Part shown: one piece after another, positions 18,697 through 27,603 of the stretch
Numbering within the stretch: the stretch's first letter is position 1
How the letters are laid out: the number at the start of each line of letters is the position of its first letter
Virus record (IMG/VR): IMGVR_UViG_3300036770_005357
Source: a virus
Taxonomy: Duplodnaviria; Caudoviricetes
Reading direction: 5' to 3' (one strand)
DNA length: 64,000 nucleotides
The notes under the pieces: model-generated
What the model saw: only the letters and a program-made list of their open reading frames with translations
Told to the model about the DNA's origin: nothing
The model's database searches: none
Position numbers and translations under genes: made by a program

Positions 18697-18769
18697 ACGG
18701 GACACACTCTACACTGCCGACCGAGGAAGTCAAGCCCCCCTTGAACTTAAAAAAAGTGCTAGGTAGCGC

Positions 18770-18866
18770 TTGACTTCGGCACTGGCCCTGGTAGAGTGTA
18801 TCCAGATCGGCTGACCAAGCCAGGGTAGGGGACCAAGGGCTACCCGAATAGCGTTAACCTTAACGC
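18770..18866 (+). repeat. Copy B of the promoter plus two-hairpin element
   Basis: TTGACT-N16-TAGAGT then ccagatcggctgaccaagccagggtaggggaccaagggctaccc...cgttaa. Confidence 0.75.
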
Positions 18867-18901
18867 ACTTTTTTAACTTTTCTTCGTCGTTTTATTCCAC
18901 G

Positions 18902-19783
18902 ATGAACTATTTATTAATTGACAAAGATATACTTATGATCAACAATGAAATATTAGAGGAGTACTTTATATGGGACGAAAGAAGCTTAACAGAACACCAG
19001 ATGAATTGCGAGAACAGCGTAAACTCAGAGATAAACGATACTACGAACAACACAAAGATAAACTCAACGCAAATAGATTGGAGAGATATTACCGATCCAA
19101 AGTTAAGAAAGAAACTACGAAAGAAAGCTTGGCGGAAAGCTAATGAAGAAAAATTAAAAAAACAAAATAAAGCTTACTACGAAGCTAATAAAGATAAGAA
19201 CCGAGAATATCGTAAAGATTATAATAAAGCTTATAAAAAGGCTAATAAAGAAAAACAAAAAGCTTATAGTAAAGCTTATCGTGATGCTAACAGAGATAAA
19301 AGAAAAACATATCTTGAAGCTAATAAAGATAAACGAAACAAACATCGTAGAAATCGTAAAAAAACCGATATACAATATAAACTATCTAACAACTTGCGAT
19401 CCAGATTAAGAGATGCTATTAGATGTAATTACAAATCAGGCAGTGCAGTAAAAGATTTGGGTTGTAGTATTGAAGAACTTAAAGTTTATTTAGAAAGTAA
19501 GTTTCTACCGGGAATGACTTGGGACAATTATGGATTGTACGGATGGCATATAGATCACATAAAACCATTAGCTAGTTTTGATTTAAGTGATCGTAACCAA
19601 CTATTAGAAGCTTGTCACTACACAAACCTCCAACCGCTTTGGGCCAACGACAACCTATCCAAAGGCGATAAATTTATAAAAAATCCGCTTCAACCGCTTG
19701 ACTTCGGCACTAGTTCTGGTAAAGTAGTCCCAACAGCTGACAAAGCGAGGGTAGGGTACCAGGGGCTGCGTTTATTCCGTTAA
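18902..19783 (+). mobile_element. HNH homing endonuclease with basic helical repeats
   Basis: KAY(Y/R)EANK(D/E)K repeats; MTWDNYG..GWHIDHIKPLASF...HYTNLQPLWANDNLSKG. Confidence 0.9.
18970..19143 (+). CDS. Small basic MGRK-type ORF overlapping the HNH 5' end
   Basis: MGRKKLNRTPDELREQRKLRDKRYYEQHKDKLNANRLERYYRSKVKKETTKESLAES*. Confidence 0.65.
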   Translation: MGRKKLNRTPDELREQRKLRDKRYYEQHKDKLNANRLERYYRSKVKKETTKESLAES

Positions 19784-19790
19784 CGATAAA
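19698..19790 (+). repeat. Copy C (diverged) of the promoter plus two-hairpin element
   Basis: cgcTTGACTtcggcact shared with copy B, N16-TAAAGT, gctgacaaagc, gggtagggtacca, cgttaa. Confidence 0.7.
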
Positions 19791-20640
19791 GTATAAAAAG
19801 CGCACATGCTCTGGGCTTTAACGATAAAGTCCCAGTTAACGATAAAGCTAAAATTGATAAGTGAACCTAATGACCCCGCGTTCATTAGACAGTCTCATCA
19901 CTCAGTAGGTCGTCTACTGACCCGACCACATTAGGCGCTCTAATGGGTTTTTGCGCTGTCAGCACATAAGAACGACTTATCATAACTTACGAAAATTAGG
20001 ATACCTTATTGAAAAATAAATGTACTTGACAAAGAGAGTGAGATGTGTATACATTTGCGCGGGAAACACAAAAAAAGAAAATCAAGCACACATATGCACA
20101 TATATTATAACCGCCATAAAAAAAAGCGATTTGTGCTCGCCAAGCGTGGTTTATAATGCTCTATGCTTATACTTTATTTAATATTTGCATAACTACACTG
20201 TGATTTATTATAAAAGTATGTACATATACACATATGTTTATTGTTATCAAATGATAGTAGATATAATAAAATTGACATATTTATAATGGTGATATAGTAT
20301 GAGAACTATGATTAATTTTATAAAGGAAGTGGTTGTGAATGTGTTTATGATGTTTATGGTCATATACTTTGTGTTAGCGATGATAGTGTTTTTGAGTGTG
20401 ATGAGTATTGTATTTTTTGCAGCGATGATAGTAGAAACTACACTAGATACATTGAGTCACATGGTAAAGGGTAGTAATATTACAATAAGGAGGGGCTTAT
20501 AAGGCAAAAAGTGATGTACCTGTTTTTAAGCAAAAAAAGCGCTGGGGGGAGGTTAATGAACGAAAAAAGCGCGGGGGGGAGGTTACAAATGGCCTATGTG
20601 GGTGGGGGGTGCTTAGTTATAGGGACTATGGTATGGGGGG
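19778..20640. other. Candidate replication origin / large non-coding switch region
   Basis: TTAACGATAAAG x3, several hairpins, G-tract repeats, gene-orientation and skew switch. Confidence 0.45.
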
Positions 20641-20648
20641 TTTAAGAT

Positions 20649-21080
20649 ATGGTTATAAAAGATATATTGAAACAATATCCGATAATTAATCGTGAGTGGA
20701 TATATGTGGATCGTCGTGGTTTGGCGTATAGTATGGCTGAGCATTTTAATGATTATGTTATATTAAATGGTAACGATGTAGATTTGTCTATGACGCGGGA
20801 TATATATGTTAAGGAGTGTATCAGGGCGTATGGAAGTATATGGGGACATTTTGTAAGGAGGGTAGATGGTAACATAGGCAATTTGGCTATAAAGAATGTG
20901 GATATGTGGAATAGGGCGTTTCCTAGGTATAGAAGTAGCAGTGGAATTTATTTGGATCCATATAAGTCTAATATGGTTAGTAGTGATGCTGGTATATTAT
21001 GTGTACATCATACTACTGTAATGGGTAATAGTGTATATTGTTTAGATTTGTATGATTATAGGGGTAGTGTGTATGTATAG
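20649..21080 (+). CDS. Hypothetical protein, paralog family with 24383 and 32248
   Basis: KQYPI.N..W ... VYCLD motifs. Confidence 0.65.
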   Translation: MVIKDILKQYPIINREWIYVDRRGLAYSMAEHFNDYVILNGNDVDLSMTRDIYVKECIRAYGSIWGHFVRRVDGNIGNLAIKNVDMWNRAFPRYRSSSGIYLDPYKSNMVSSDAGILCVHHTTVMGNSVYCLDLYDYRGSVYV

Positions 21081-21324
21081 TTGTTATTTATTAAGATGTG
21101 TTGACGGCAGTTATTATTGTGGTATAAGCAACGATGTTGAGGCACGTATTTTGGTACATAACAGTGGTAGGGGTAGTAAATATGTTAGAAGCAGGTTACC
21201 GGCGGTATTGGTGTATGTTGAGGAGTGTGGTAGCAAGAGTGAAGCGATGAAGCGGGAGAGACAGATAAAGAGTATGAGTAGGCAGCAGAAGATACAATTG
21301 ATAGATAGTTATAATAGTATATGA
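21052..21324 (+). CDS. UPF0213/YhbQ-type GIY-YIG nuclease
   Basis: YLLRCVDGSYYCGISNDVEARILVHNSGRGSKYVRSRLP...REROIK-type tail (REROIK read as RERQIK). Confidence 0.9.
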   Translation: MIIGVVCMYSCYLLRCVDGSYYCGISNDVEARILVHNSGRGSKYVRSRLPAVLVYVEECGSKSEAMKRERQIKSMSRQQKIQLIDSYNSI

Positions 21325-21887
21325 TTAAATTAAGTGAATTATTGCAATCTCCGTATAGAGATGCTGTATCTATATTTGAATCTCCGTTTCAATTAAACAG
21401 GCCGTATAATCCGCAAAATTTAGAATCTATTGGAAGAAATAAAGTATTTACGGATAATATAATAGAAAAGGCGAAGAAGATTGGTAGATTTGAAGATTAT
21501 CAGTTATATGAATATGTTGTGGGTGATGATATATTCAATATATTGGAGCAGAGTGGATATACCTATGGATTTTTTCAATATAGAGTAATAAATAATATTG
21601 TTAATGAAGTGGGTATATGGCAATCGCCTATTAGTTTGGGGTTAATTAGAAGATTTATATTTGATTATATACTTAAAGTGTATGATGGATTATTATCTGA
21701 TGATGCACATACCGAGTTAGGACAAAAATATTGGGATAAAGTATTAAATCGAGCATTGAGTTTGGGTTATGGTGTATATGTTATTGAAAATGATAAAAAG
21801 ATATCTTTATCATCAAATATTGATATTAGTAAATTTTACAGCAAATCTTCGGTAGGTATGAATTATAAGTTTTTGATACAGAAATGA
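21321..21887 (+). CDS. MIKL-tagged protein, paralog of 42321 (possible GNAT-like fold)
   Basis: IWQSPISLGLIR..IF.Y...DGLLSDDAH..LG..YW.K. Confidence 0.6.
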   Translation: MIKLSELLQSPYRDAVSIFESPFQLNRPYNPQNLESIGRNKVFTDNIIEKAKKIGRFEDYQLYEYVVGDDIFNILEQSGYTYGFFQYRVINNIVNEVGIWQSPISLGLIRRFIFDYILKVYDGLLSDDAHTELGQKYWDKVLNRALSLGYGVYVIENDKKISLSSNIDISKFYSKSSVGMNYKFLIQK

Positions 21888-22406
21888 TGTAGAGAATATT
21901 TAATTAAGATATATGAATGATAAATTGGATAATATTGAACCGAAAGAATGTATGACATTTGATGAGGCTTGGGAGCATATGAACAAGTTGGGTATGACTG
22001 TGGTACATTTGAGTGATGATGAGTATAACAAGCTTATGGATGATATTGGCAACTGTGAGAGTATGCGAGAATTTGATGAAATAATGGATAAATTAAGATC
22101 TTCGGATTAACCGCTTCAAAAATGGTGTTTTAACGATAAATGTTCAATGTTTTGTAGCAAAAAGATCTTCAGCAACATCTTCGTTTTGTGTAAAAGACGC
22201 GGGGGGTGCTTGTTAATAAGCCTCCCTATAGTGAGGGTAGATGTGTAAAATATAATATTGATTAGGTGTAAAACATCTGATATATAGAGAGTAGATGAGT
22301 TCCGAAGGAACTATCGTATGTTACACATCAATGTTTGGTAGAGCTTCAGGTGAAGTTGACGCAAATGGTGATTAGTTGTACATAAAAATATATAAAAAGG
22401 AACAAA

Positions 22407-24287
22407 ATGAGCAATCTTGAAATGGTTGGAAATGCTAAGATATATAGTAATCAGATAGAAGCTGGTAAGAGTGTGTGTGAAAAGTTGTTAGATGGGCCTA
22501 CACATTTAACGGCTGGATGTCAGAGTGGAAAAACTGGGGTAGTCATATATGCAGTAAATCAGTTTTTAAATGGATTTGCTTTAGATAAAAGCAAAATACT
22601 TAAAGAAGTTGATAAAGACGAAGCATTTAATAATATGTTAGGTAGGACTCAAATAATTTGGATTAATGCTCGTAGTGATAATTATTTAAGGGATCAGACT
22701 GAGAAGAGGTTAATAGAGGCGTTTGGGGTAAACAAGATATTGACGAGAGACAGTATTAGTCGTAGGCGTACATTGAGTGTTAATAATAACGCTAAGAAAG
22801 GTAAGTTAATTGGTAAGATATATATTGGACATTTGTGTGATCTACAGATAGATAACAATGATAATTTGGTTCAATTAAAGAATGTGATTGATGAAAACGA
22901 GCCAATATTATTGATATTGGATGAGAGTCATGTAGGACAGGATAAATTTGACCGTAAGGTTTCTGTAGATGAGGATGGTAAGATAACTGAGTATAATGTT
23001 GGAGTATTGGATAATTTCTGTAAGAATTTGTTGGGAATACATTTGACGCAGCCAAAAGACAAATGGGATAACCGCAGGTATTTATTGAGTATGAGTGCTA
23101 CACGGCCGAGTTGGTCTGTATATATTGAAGCATTCAAGGAGAATTTTGGGGACGATTATGTACCTAACATTGTTCATTTGCATCCTGGCAAAGATTATTG
23201 TGGTATTGCCAAGGATTATGATAATGTTAGTGACAGCAGGTTTGTTCAAGCCGAACCGTTTTATGATAAAACGACACGACTCGTAAGCAAACAAATAATT
23301 GATGAAGTCAAAAATTTGACAGTTGGAAAATGTATATTGATACGGTGTAAATTACAGGACAGTAAAGGTATGATAGAATCCTTGGAGAACATGGGTTTTA
23401 AAAGTGGTGAATATTCATATAGACAGTGTGGTATCAATCATGTACATGGTGACGCGGATGCTTTAACATCATATTTAAAAGATTGTACGGAGATGTCTGA
23501 TGAAAAGACTATAATTTTCATTGAGAATTTTCTTGGTGCGGGTGCTACATTTCCCAATGTTAGGATAAGTGCTCAATTTGAGAGATATAATAAATCTAAT
23601 CCGACATCACATATTCAGAGTGTAGGTCGTAGTTTTGGATATAGCGATGAATATATTGATATAGATGGAAACATAAAAGTTTTCAACAAAAAGGATGCTA
23701 AGTACAAGATATATTGTGATTTAGAAGCGATGAAATTGTATCAAGATGGATTCAACACGGAAAAACCTATGTTTAGCGATTCAGCTTTGACTACAATTCG
23801 TAGTCGTAATGTTGATGGAAATGCAGTGTGGTGTTGTGATATAGTACCGAAACAACTTGGAATAAGTGTACATTCAACATTACAAAAATATTATTCTACT
23901 AAATTTCCTGATCATGGTAAGAATCTTAAATTAAAAAGAAAGGCACAGAATAATATTCGTATAAGTTACACATCTGGTTCCGGATGGTTGGACTTAAATA
24001 GGTTAATTTTAAATAAACAAACGAAAAGCGATGGAGAGAGTATTTTGAACAGAGTTATTTGTATTGACGGACCTAATTCAAAACATAATGTAGTTGATGA
24101 GTTTTTTGGTTATAAAAATAGTTATGATGAATTAATTGAAAATATTAAAAATGGCAATAATTGGTTATGTAAAGAATTTGGTTTAACCGATGAAATGTTT
24201 GAAAAACACCATATATGCGTTTATGCTTATAAAAATGATATGAAATCATTTACGATTAAAAGACATACAACTTTAAGCATAACTTAA
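22407..24287 (+). CDS. SF2 helicase-like ATPase (QSGKT/DESH type)
   Basis: CQSGKTG, ILDESH, MSAT, QSVGRSFGY. Confidence 0.75.
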   Translation: MSNLEMVGNAKIYSNQIEAGKSVCEKLLDGPTHLTAGCQSGKTGVVIYAVNQFLNGFALDKSKILKEVDKDEAFNNMLGRTQIIWINARSDNYLRDQTEKRLIEAFGVNKILTRDSISRRRTLSVNNNAKKGKLIGKIYIGHLCDLQIDNNDNLVQLKNVIDENEPILLILDESHVGQDKFDRKVSVDEDGKITEYNVGVLDNFCKNLLGIHLTQPKDKWDNRRYLLSMSATRPSWSVYIEAFKENFGDDYVPNIVHLHPGKDYCGIAKDYDNVSDSRFVQAEPFYDKTTRLVSKQIIDEVKNLTVGKCILIRCKLQDSKGMIESLENMGFKSGEYSYRQCGINHVHGDADALTSYLKDCTEMSDEKTIIFIENFLGAGATFPNVRISAQFERYNKSNPTSHIQSVGRSFGYSDEYIDIDGNIKVFNKKDAKYKIYCDLEAMKLYQDGFNTEKPMFSDSALTTIRSRNVDGNAVWCCDIVPKQLGISVHSTLQKYYSTKFPDHGKNLKLKRKAQNNIRISYTSGSGWLDLNRLILNKQTKSDGESILNRVICIDGPNSKHNVVDEFFGYKNSYDELIENIKNGNNWLCKEFGLTDEMFEKHHICVYAYKNDMKSFTIKRHTTLSIT

Positions 24288-24309
24288 AAAACATAAATAA
24301 AATAAAACT

Positions 24310-24346
24310 TCCCGTTGACATTTTGTTTGTTGACGGGATTTTTTAT
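24310..24346 (+). terminator. Terminator-like hairpin
   Basis: TCCCGT...ACGGGA followed by TTTTTT. Confidence 0.55.
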
Positions 24347-24382
24347 TGATACCGCTTAAAAAGTGTTGTATACTTGTTATCA

Positions 24383-24838
24383 ATGAAAAATGGTGATTTG
24401 GAAGCGTTAGTTAGAAAGTATCCCGTAACTAATATTGATTGGGAACTGAATAATGTTAATGTAATGAACATGAGCATAAGAAAAGCTGTATTCTACTATA
24501 GATCTGGAAAGTTATTAACTAAGTCATTGGATCATAGTTTTATGACTACACTAACTCAGCGAATGATTGATGCTGAAACGCTATATGTTAATGTATATGA
24601 TCATTTTGTTAGGCGGTTAAAACGAGATGATTATAATTTTGTAAACATATTGGTTGATGCTTGGGGCAGACAATTTCCGAAGTATGGTGATGTACGGTCT
24701 AGTTCATGTCCCAATCAGAATAATAGTATATATGATAATGGGTATGAGTTAAAGGATGGCAATGATATAATTGTGTGTAGGGTTACTGTAAGCAGCATAG
24801 AGGGTCGTGCTATTTATTTTCTGGATGTGTTTGAGTGA
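24383..24838 (+). CDS. Hypothetical protein, paralog of 20649/32248
   Basis: RKYPVTNIDW ... IYFLDVFE. Confidence 0.6.
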   Translation: MKNGDLEALVRKYPVTNIDWELNNVNVMNMSIRKAVFYYRSGKLLTKSLDHSFMTTLTQRMIDAETLYVNVYDHFVRRLKRDDYNFVNILVDAWGRQFPKYGDVRSSSCPNQNNSIYDNGYELKDGNDIIVCRVTVSSIEGRAIYFLDVFE

Positions 24839-24854
24839 GTTATATTTATAAAAT

Positions 24855-25928
24855 ATGATTAAATTCAAAGACATATTGTGTGAAGTGTCTGAACAAGAAG
24901 TGAGTAAGATACAATCTTTTATTGACAGCAATCAATTTTTGAAGGGTAAGATTGTAAATATAAATGATTTGATTGACGGCGACAAATTTGTATTGTATGT
25001 AAGTGATGACGCTTTATCTCATATAAAAGAAAGACATAAGGATGAAACCAAACCGGGATCCATATTTGATGTTGGTATTAATTTAAGAGCTGTATTGAGT
25101 AAGTTAATAAATTTACCTCCATCTGAACAATCAGGTGGTAGAGTTAAGTGGTTAGGCGTAAATGTTGGCTCTCCAATTGGTAAGATGGGTGTAAAGTTAG
25201 GCAGCCCAGAACAAGTTGCTAGTATGACTGACTATCAAATGCCTGACGGTAAAAAGGAGATGGTAAAAGTAGCTGTAGGTGAAAGAAATCCAACAAGTGA
25301 AATTAGTTTAATTACCGGAGAACTCGGTGAATTAGAAAATGGCAAGAAGGTATTATCATTAATATCAGCATTTCCGGGTGGAATGAGTGTTGATGGTGTA
25401 GAGTTGCCGATGGATAGAGGACAATTTGCTAGTAAAGGACTATATTTTATGATTACTAAAACAAATACTTTAAACGAAACATTTAATAAACATTTAGGTT
25501 ATCTCAAAAAGAAATTAATAACCGAGAACATTACAGACGATTGGTTTAGTGAAGGTGCTTTTAGTACTTACAAGAAACCTGCTGTAGAACAATATGAGAT
25601 TGCTGCACAAGATGGTGTATTAAAGACATTGGAGGGTGAACAATCATATAAGAAAGGATATTATATATTGACCGGTCCAAAAGGTGAGAAGTATAGTATG
25701 CCTCCTGAAAAGTTTAATGAGTTGAAAGATGATTTGGGTGATGGCAAGTGTAGTCCCAAGAAGATAATGAAAGTTGCTAAGTTAGCCGATCATGATGGTA
25801 GTGTACAAACCAGTTGGGGAGCTAAGTTAGATTATACAGCTGGCAATGATTATATAGTTAAGCATGGACCGGGTGATTATGGAGTGGTAAAGAAGGATAT
25901 TTTTGATACCACTTATGTTAAATCATAA
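24855..25928 (+). CDS. Two-domain tagged protein with C-terminal PGDYG domain
   Basis: MIKFKDILCE start; C-terminal HGPGDYGVVKKDIFDTTY. Confidence 0.65.
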   Translation: MIKFKDILCEVSEQEVSKIQSFIDSNQFLKGKIVNINDLIDGDKFVLYVSDDALSHIKERHKDETKPGSIFDVGINLRAVLSKLINLPPSEQSGGRVKWLGVNVGSPIGKMGVKLGSPEQVASMTDYQMPDGKKEMVKVAVGERNPTSEISLITGELGELENGKKVLSLISAFPGGMSVDGVELPMDRGQFASKGLYFMITKTNTLNETFNKHLGYLKKKLITENITDDWFSEGAFSTYKKPAVEQYEIAAQDGVLKTLEGEQSYKKGYYILTGPKGEKYSMPPEKFNELKDDLGDGKCSPKKIMKVAKLADHDGSVQTSWGAKLDYTAGNDYIVKHGPGDYGVVKKDIFDTTYVKS

Positions 25929-25964
25929 ATTATTTATATTTATTCATATTAACCACAACAAATT

Positions 25965-26237
25965 ATGACAAAGAGTGAACTTAAAGCATTGATTAGAGAA
26001 ACACTAAGTGAAACAACCAATGAAATGTTTGGAAGCAGACCCGATCTTGCTTCACTAACAAATGAACTTACAAAAAAGAGAGATGAACTTGACGGTTTGT
26101 TTGATAAGCTTATCTCTGAATTAGACACACAAGGTGATAGTGCGCACAGTTATAAAGTTAAACTTGCTCGTGATGTTGTTGATAAGGCACTTTTCTCTCT
26201 CAACAATTCGTTGGAAAACAAATATGGCAATAGATAA
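25965..26237 (+). CDS. MTKSELK-tagged coiled-coil protein
   Basis: N-terminal tag, late motif upstream. Confidence 0.65.
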   Translation: MTKSELKALIRETLSETTNEMFGSRPDLASLTNELTKKRDELDGLFDKLISELDTQGDSAHSYKVKLARDVVDKALFSLNNSLENKYGNR

Positions 26238-26273
26238 TTAATTTATATTTATTATTATTAACCACAACAAATT

Positions 26274-26627
26274 ATGACAAAAAGTGAACTCAAGAAATTA
26301 ATCAAAGAAGTATTATCTGAAGCTCAATCTCAAATAGATCCAAAAGCTATGGTTGGAAGCGAGATTGCTGCTTGGAAGACAGCTGCTGCTGCAATTGCAA
26401 AAAAATTGACTGTTGATTTGGTCGGCAAGCCAATGACAGGTGAATTGGTAAAGGGAGATCCATATAGTTATACTGCTAAGAGAAAGCCTATTGCGACTAC
26501 AATTAAATCCATAGATGTTGATTTGACATATAGAACAGGCGAAGGAACTACTAAATGTTATTTAAGCATTTATGCTAGAGGTGAACAAGGTCAAGCTGGT
26601 GAATTGATATTCGGTGAATATATCTAA
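26274..26627 (+). CDS. MTKSELK-tagged protein, tandem duplicate 1
   Basis: Near-identical DNA to 26644..27006. Confidence 0.75.
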   Translation: MTKSELKKLIKEVLSEAQSQIDPKAMVGSEIAAWKTAAAAIAKKLTVDLVGKPMTGELVKGDPYSYTAKRKPIATTIKSIDVDLTYRTGEGTTKCYLSIYARGEQGQAGELIFGEYI

Positions 26628-26643
26628 AAAAAGGAATAATATT

Positions 26644-27006
26644 ATGACAAAGAGTGAACTTAAGAAACTAATCAAGGAAGTATTATCTGAAGCTGAATCC
26701 CAAATAGATGCAAAAGCTATAGCTGGAAGCGAAATTAACGCTTGGAAAAAAATATGTGAAACACTCTCAAAAAAATTGACTGCTGCTTTGGTAGGTAAAC
26801 CGATGACAGGTGAATTGGTAAAGGGTGATCCATATAGTTATACTGCTAAGAGAAAGCCTATTGCGACTACAATTAAATCCATAGACGTTCAATTAACATA
26901 TAAAAACAACCCAGATGATACTGAAGGTTCACGATTTTATTTAAGCATTTATGCCAATGGCAGCTCGGGTCAAGCTGGTGAATATATATTCGGTAAATAT
27001 ATCTAA
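26644..27006 (+). CDS. MTKSELK-tagged protein, tandem duplicate 2
   Basis: ATG at 26644 aligns with the paralog start. Confidence 0.75.
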   Translation: MTKSELKKLIKEVLSEAESQIDAKAIAGSEINAWKKICETLSKKLTAALVGKPMTGELVKGDPYSYTAKRKPIATTIKSIDVQLTYKNNPDDTEGSRFYLSIYANGSSGQAGEYIFGKYI

Positions 27007-27022
27007 AAAAAGGAATAACATT

Positions 27023-27205
27023 ATGACAAAACAAGAACTTAAGAAATTAATCAAAGAAACAATGAGTGAAATGGCAACTGAAGCAGCTGAACCAGCTGGT
27101 TTAAGAGGTGCTACTGTATTTCGTATAATGGAAAAAGGTGGTAAAGTATATATTCAACTGTATAGCGATACTACCCATCAAACATTTGATGCAGTACTTG
27201 TTTAA
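27023..27205 (+). CDS. MTKQELK-tagged small protein
   Basis: Same upstream aaaggaataa(c/t)att leader as 26644. Confidence 0.6.
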   Translation: MTKQELKKLIKETMSEMATEAAEPAGLRGATVFRIMEKGGKVYIQLYSDTTHQTFDAVLV

Positions 27206-27216
27206 ACAATTATTTT

Positions 27217-27525
27217 ATGATTAGATTCAAGAAATTAATTAATGAGATGATGCAACTTCGTGGAAAGTATCAAGATGGTACTGAATTTGAAGTTGATCCA
27301 AATGGTAAGCCATTGAAGTTTATTTTTAACGGCAAAGAAATTCCACCAAGTGAATGGACTGATTTGGGTTATTCCAATGGTTGGTCTGCTGAAGAAAAAG
27401 CAAAATACAATTCAATGTTTAGTGGCAAGAAAGTATATAGCACATCATTGAATTATAGAGGCACTTTGGATGCTAGATATTATCCTGAATTGAAATCATA
27501 TTATTTAGTAGACAGTAGTGGTTAG
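27217..27525 (+). CDS. MIRFKKLINE-tagged hypothetical protein
   Basis: 102-aa ORF followed by a terminator. Confidence 0.6.
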   Translation: MIRFKKLINEMMQLRGKYQDGTEFEVDPNGKPLKFIFNGKEIPPSEWTDLGYSNGWSAEEKAKYNSMFSGKKVYSTSLNYRGTLDARYYPELKSYYLVDSSG

Positions 27526-27548
27526 ACAATAAATTATATAATTTAGAT

Positions 27549-27583
27549 ATCCCCGCTTCAAATAATTGGAGTGGGGATTTTTA
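27549..27583 (+). terminator. Rho-independent terminator
   Basis: ATCCCCGCTTC...GGAGTGGGGAT-TTTT. Confidence 0.7.
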
Positions 27584-27603
27584 TTTGGTTATATTTATAG
27601 TAT

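Larger units (their letters stand above)
3730..18733 (-). promoter_or_regulatory. About 25 copies of an early sigma70-type promoter, TTGAC(T/A)-N16-TA(G/T/C/A)A(C/G)T, usually followed by gttt(c/t)cacg-ATG
   Basis: Copies read at -10..-35 spans 3742-3769, 3943-3970, 5390-5417, 6425-6452, 6738-6765, 7383-7410, 8055-8082 (ATGACT -35), 8291-8318, 9539-9566, 9728-9755, 10176-10203, 10408-10435, 10687-10714, 12660-12687 (TACAGT -10), 14529-14556, 15076-15103, 15752-15779, 16291-16318, 16706-16733, 17018-17045, 17184-17211, 17716-17743, 17972-17999, 18454-18481 and 18706-18733. All have a 16-nt spacer. Confidence 0.9.

Noticed and set aside
3730-18733. Integron attC cassette array
   Set aside because: The repeats are promoter-shaped, lack R''/R' inverted boxes, and no integrase is present in the window
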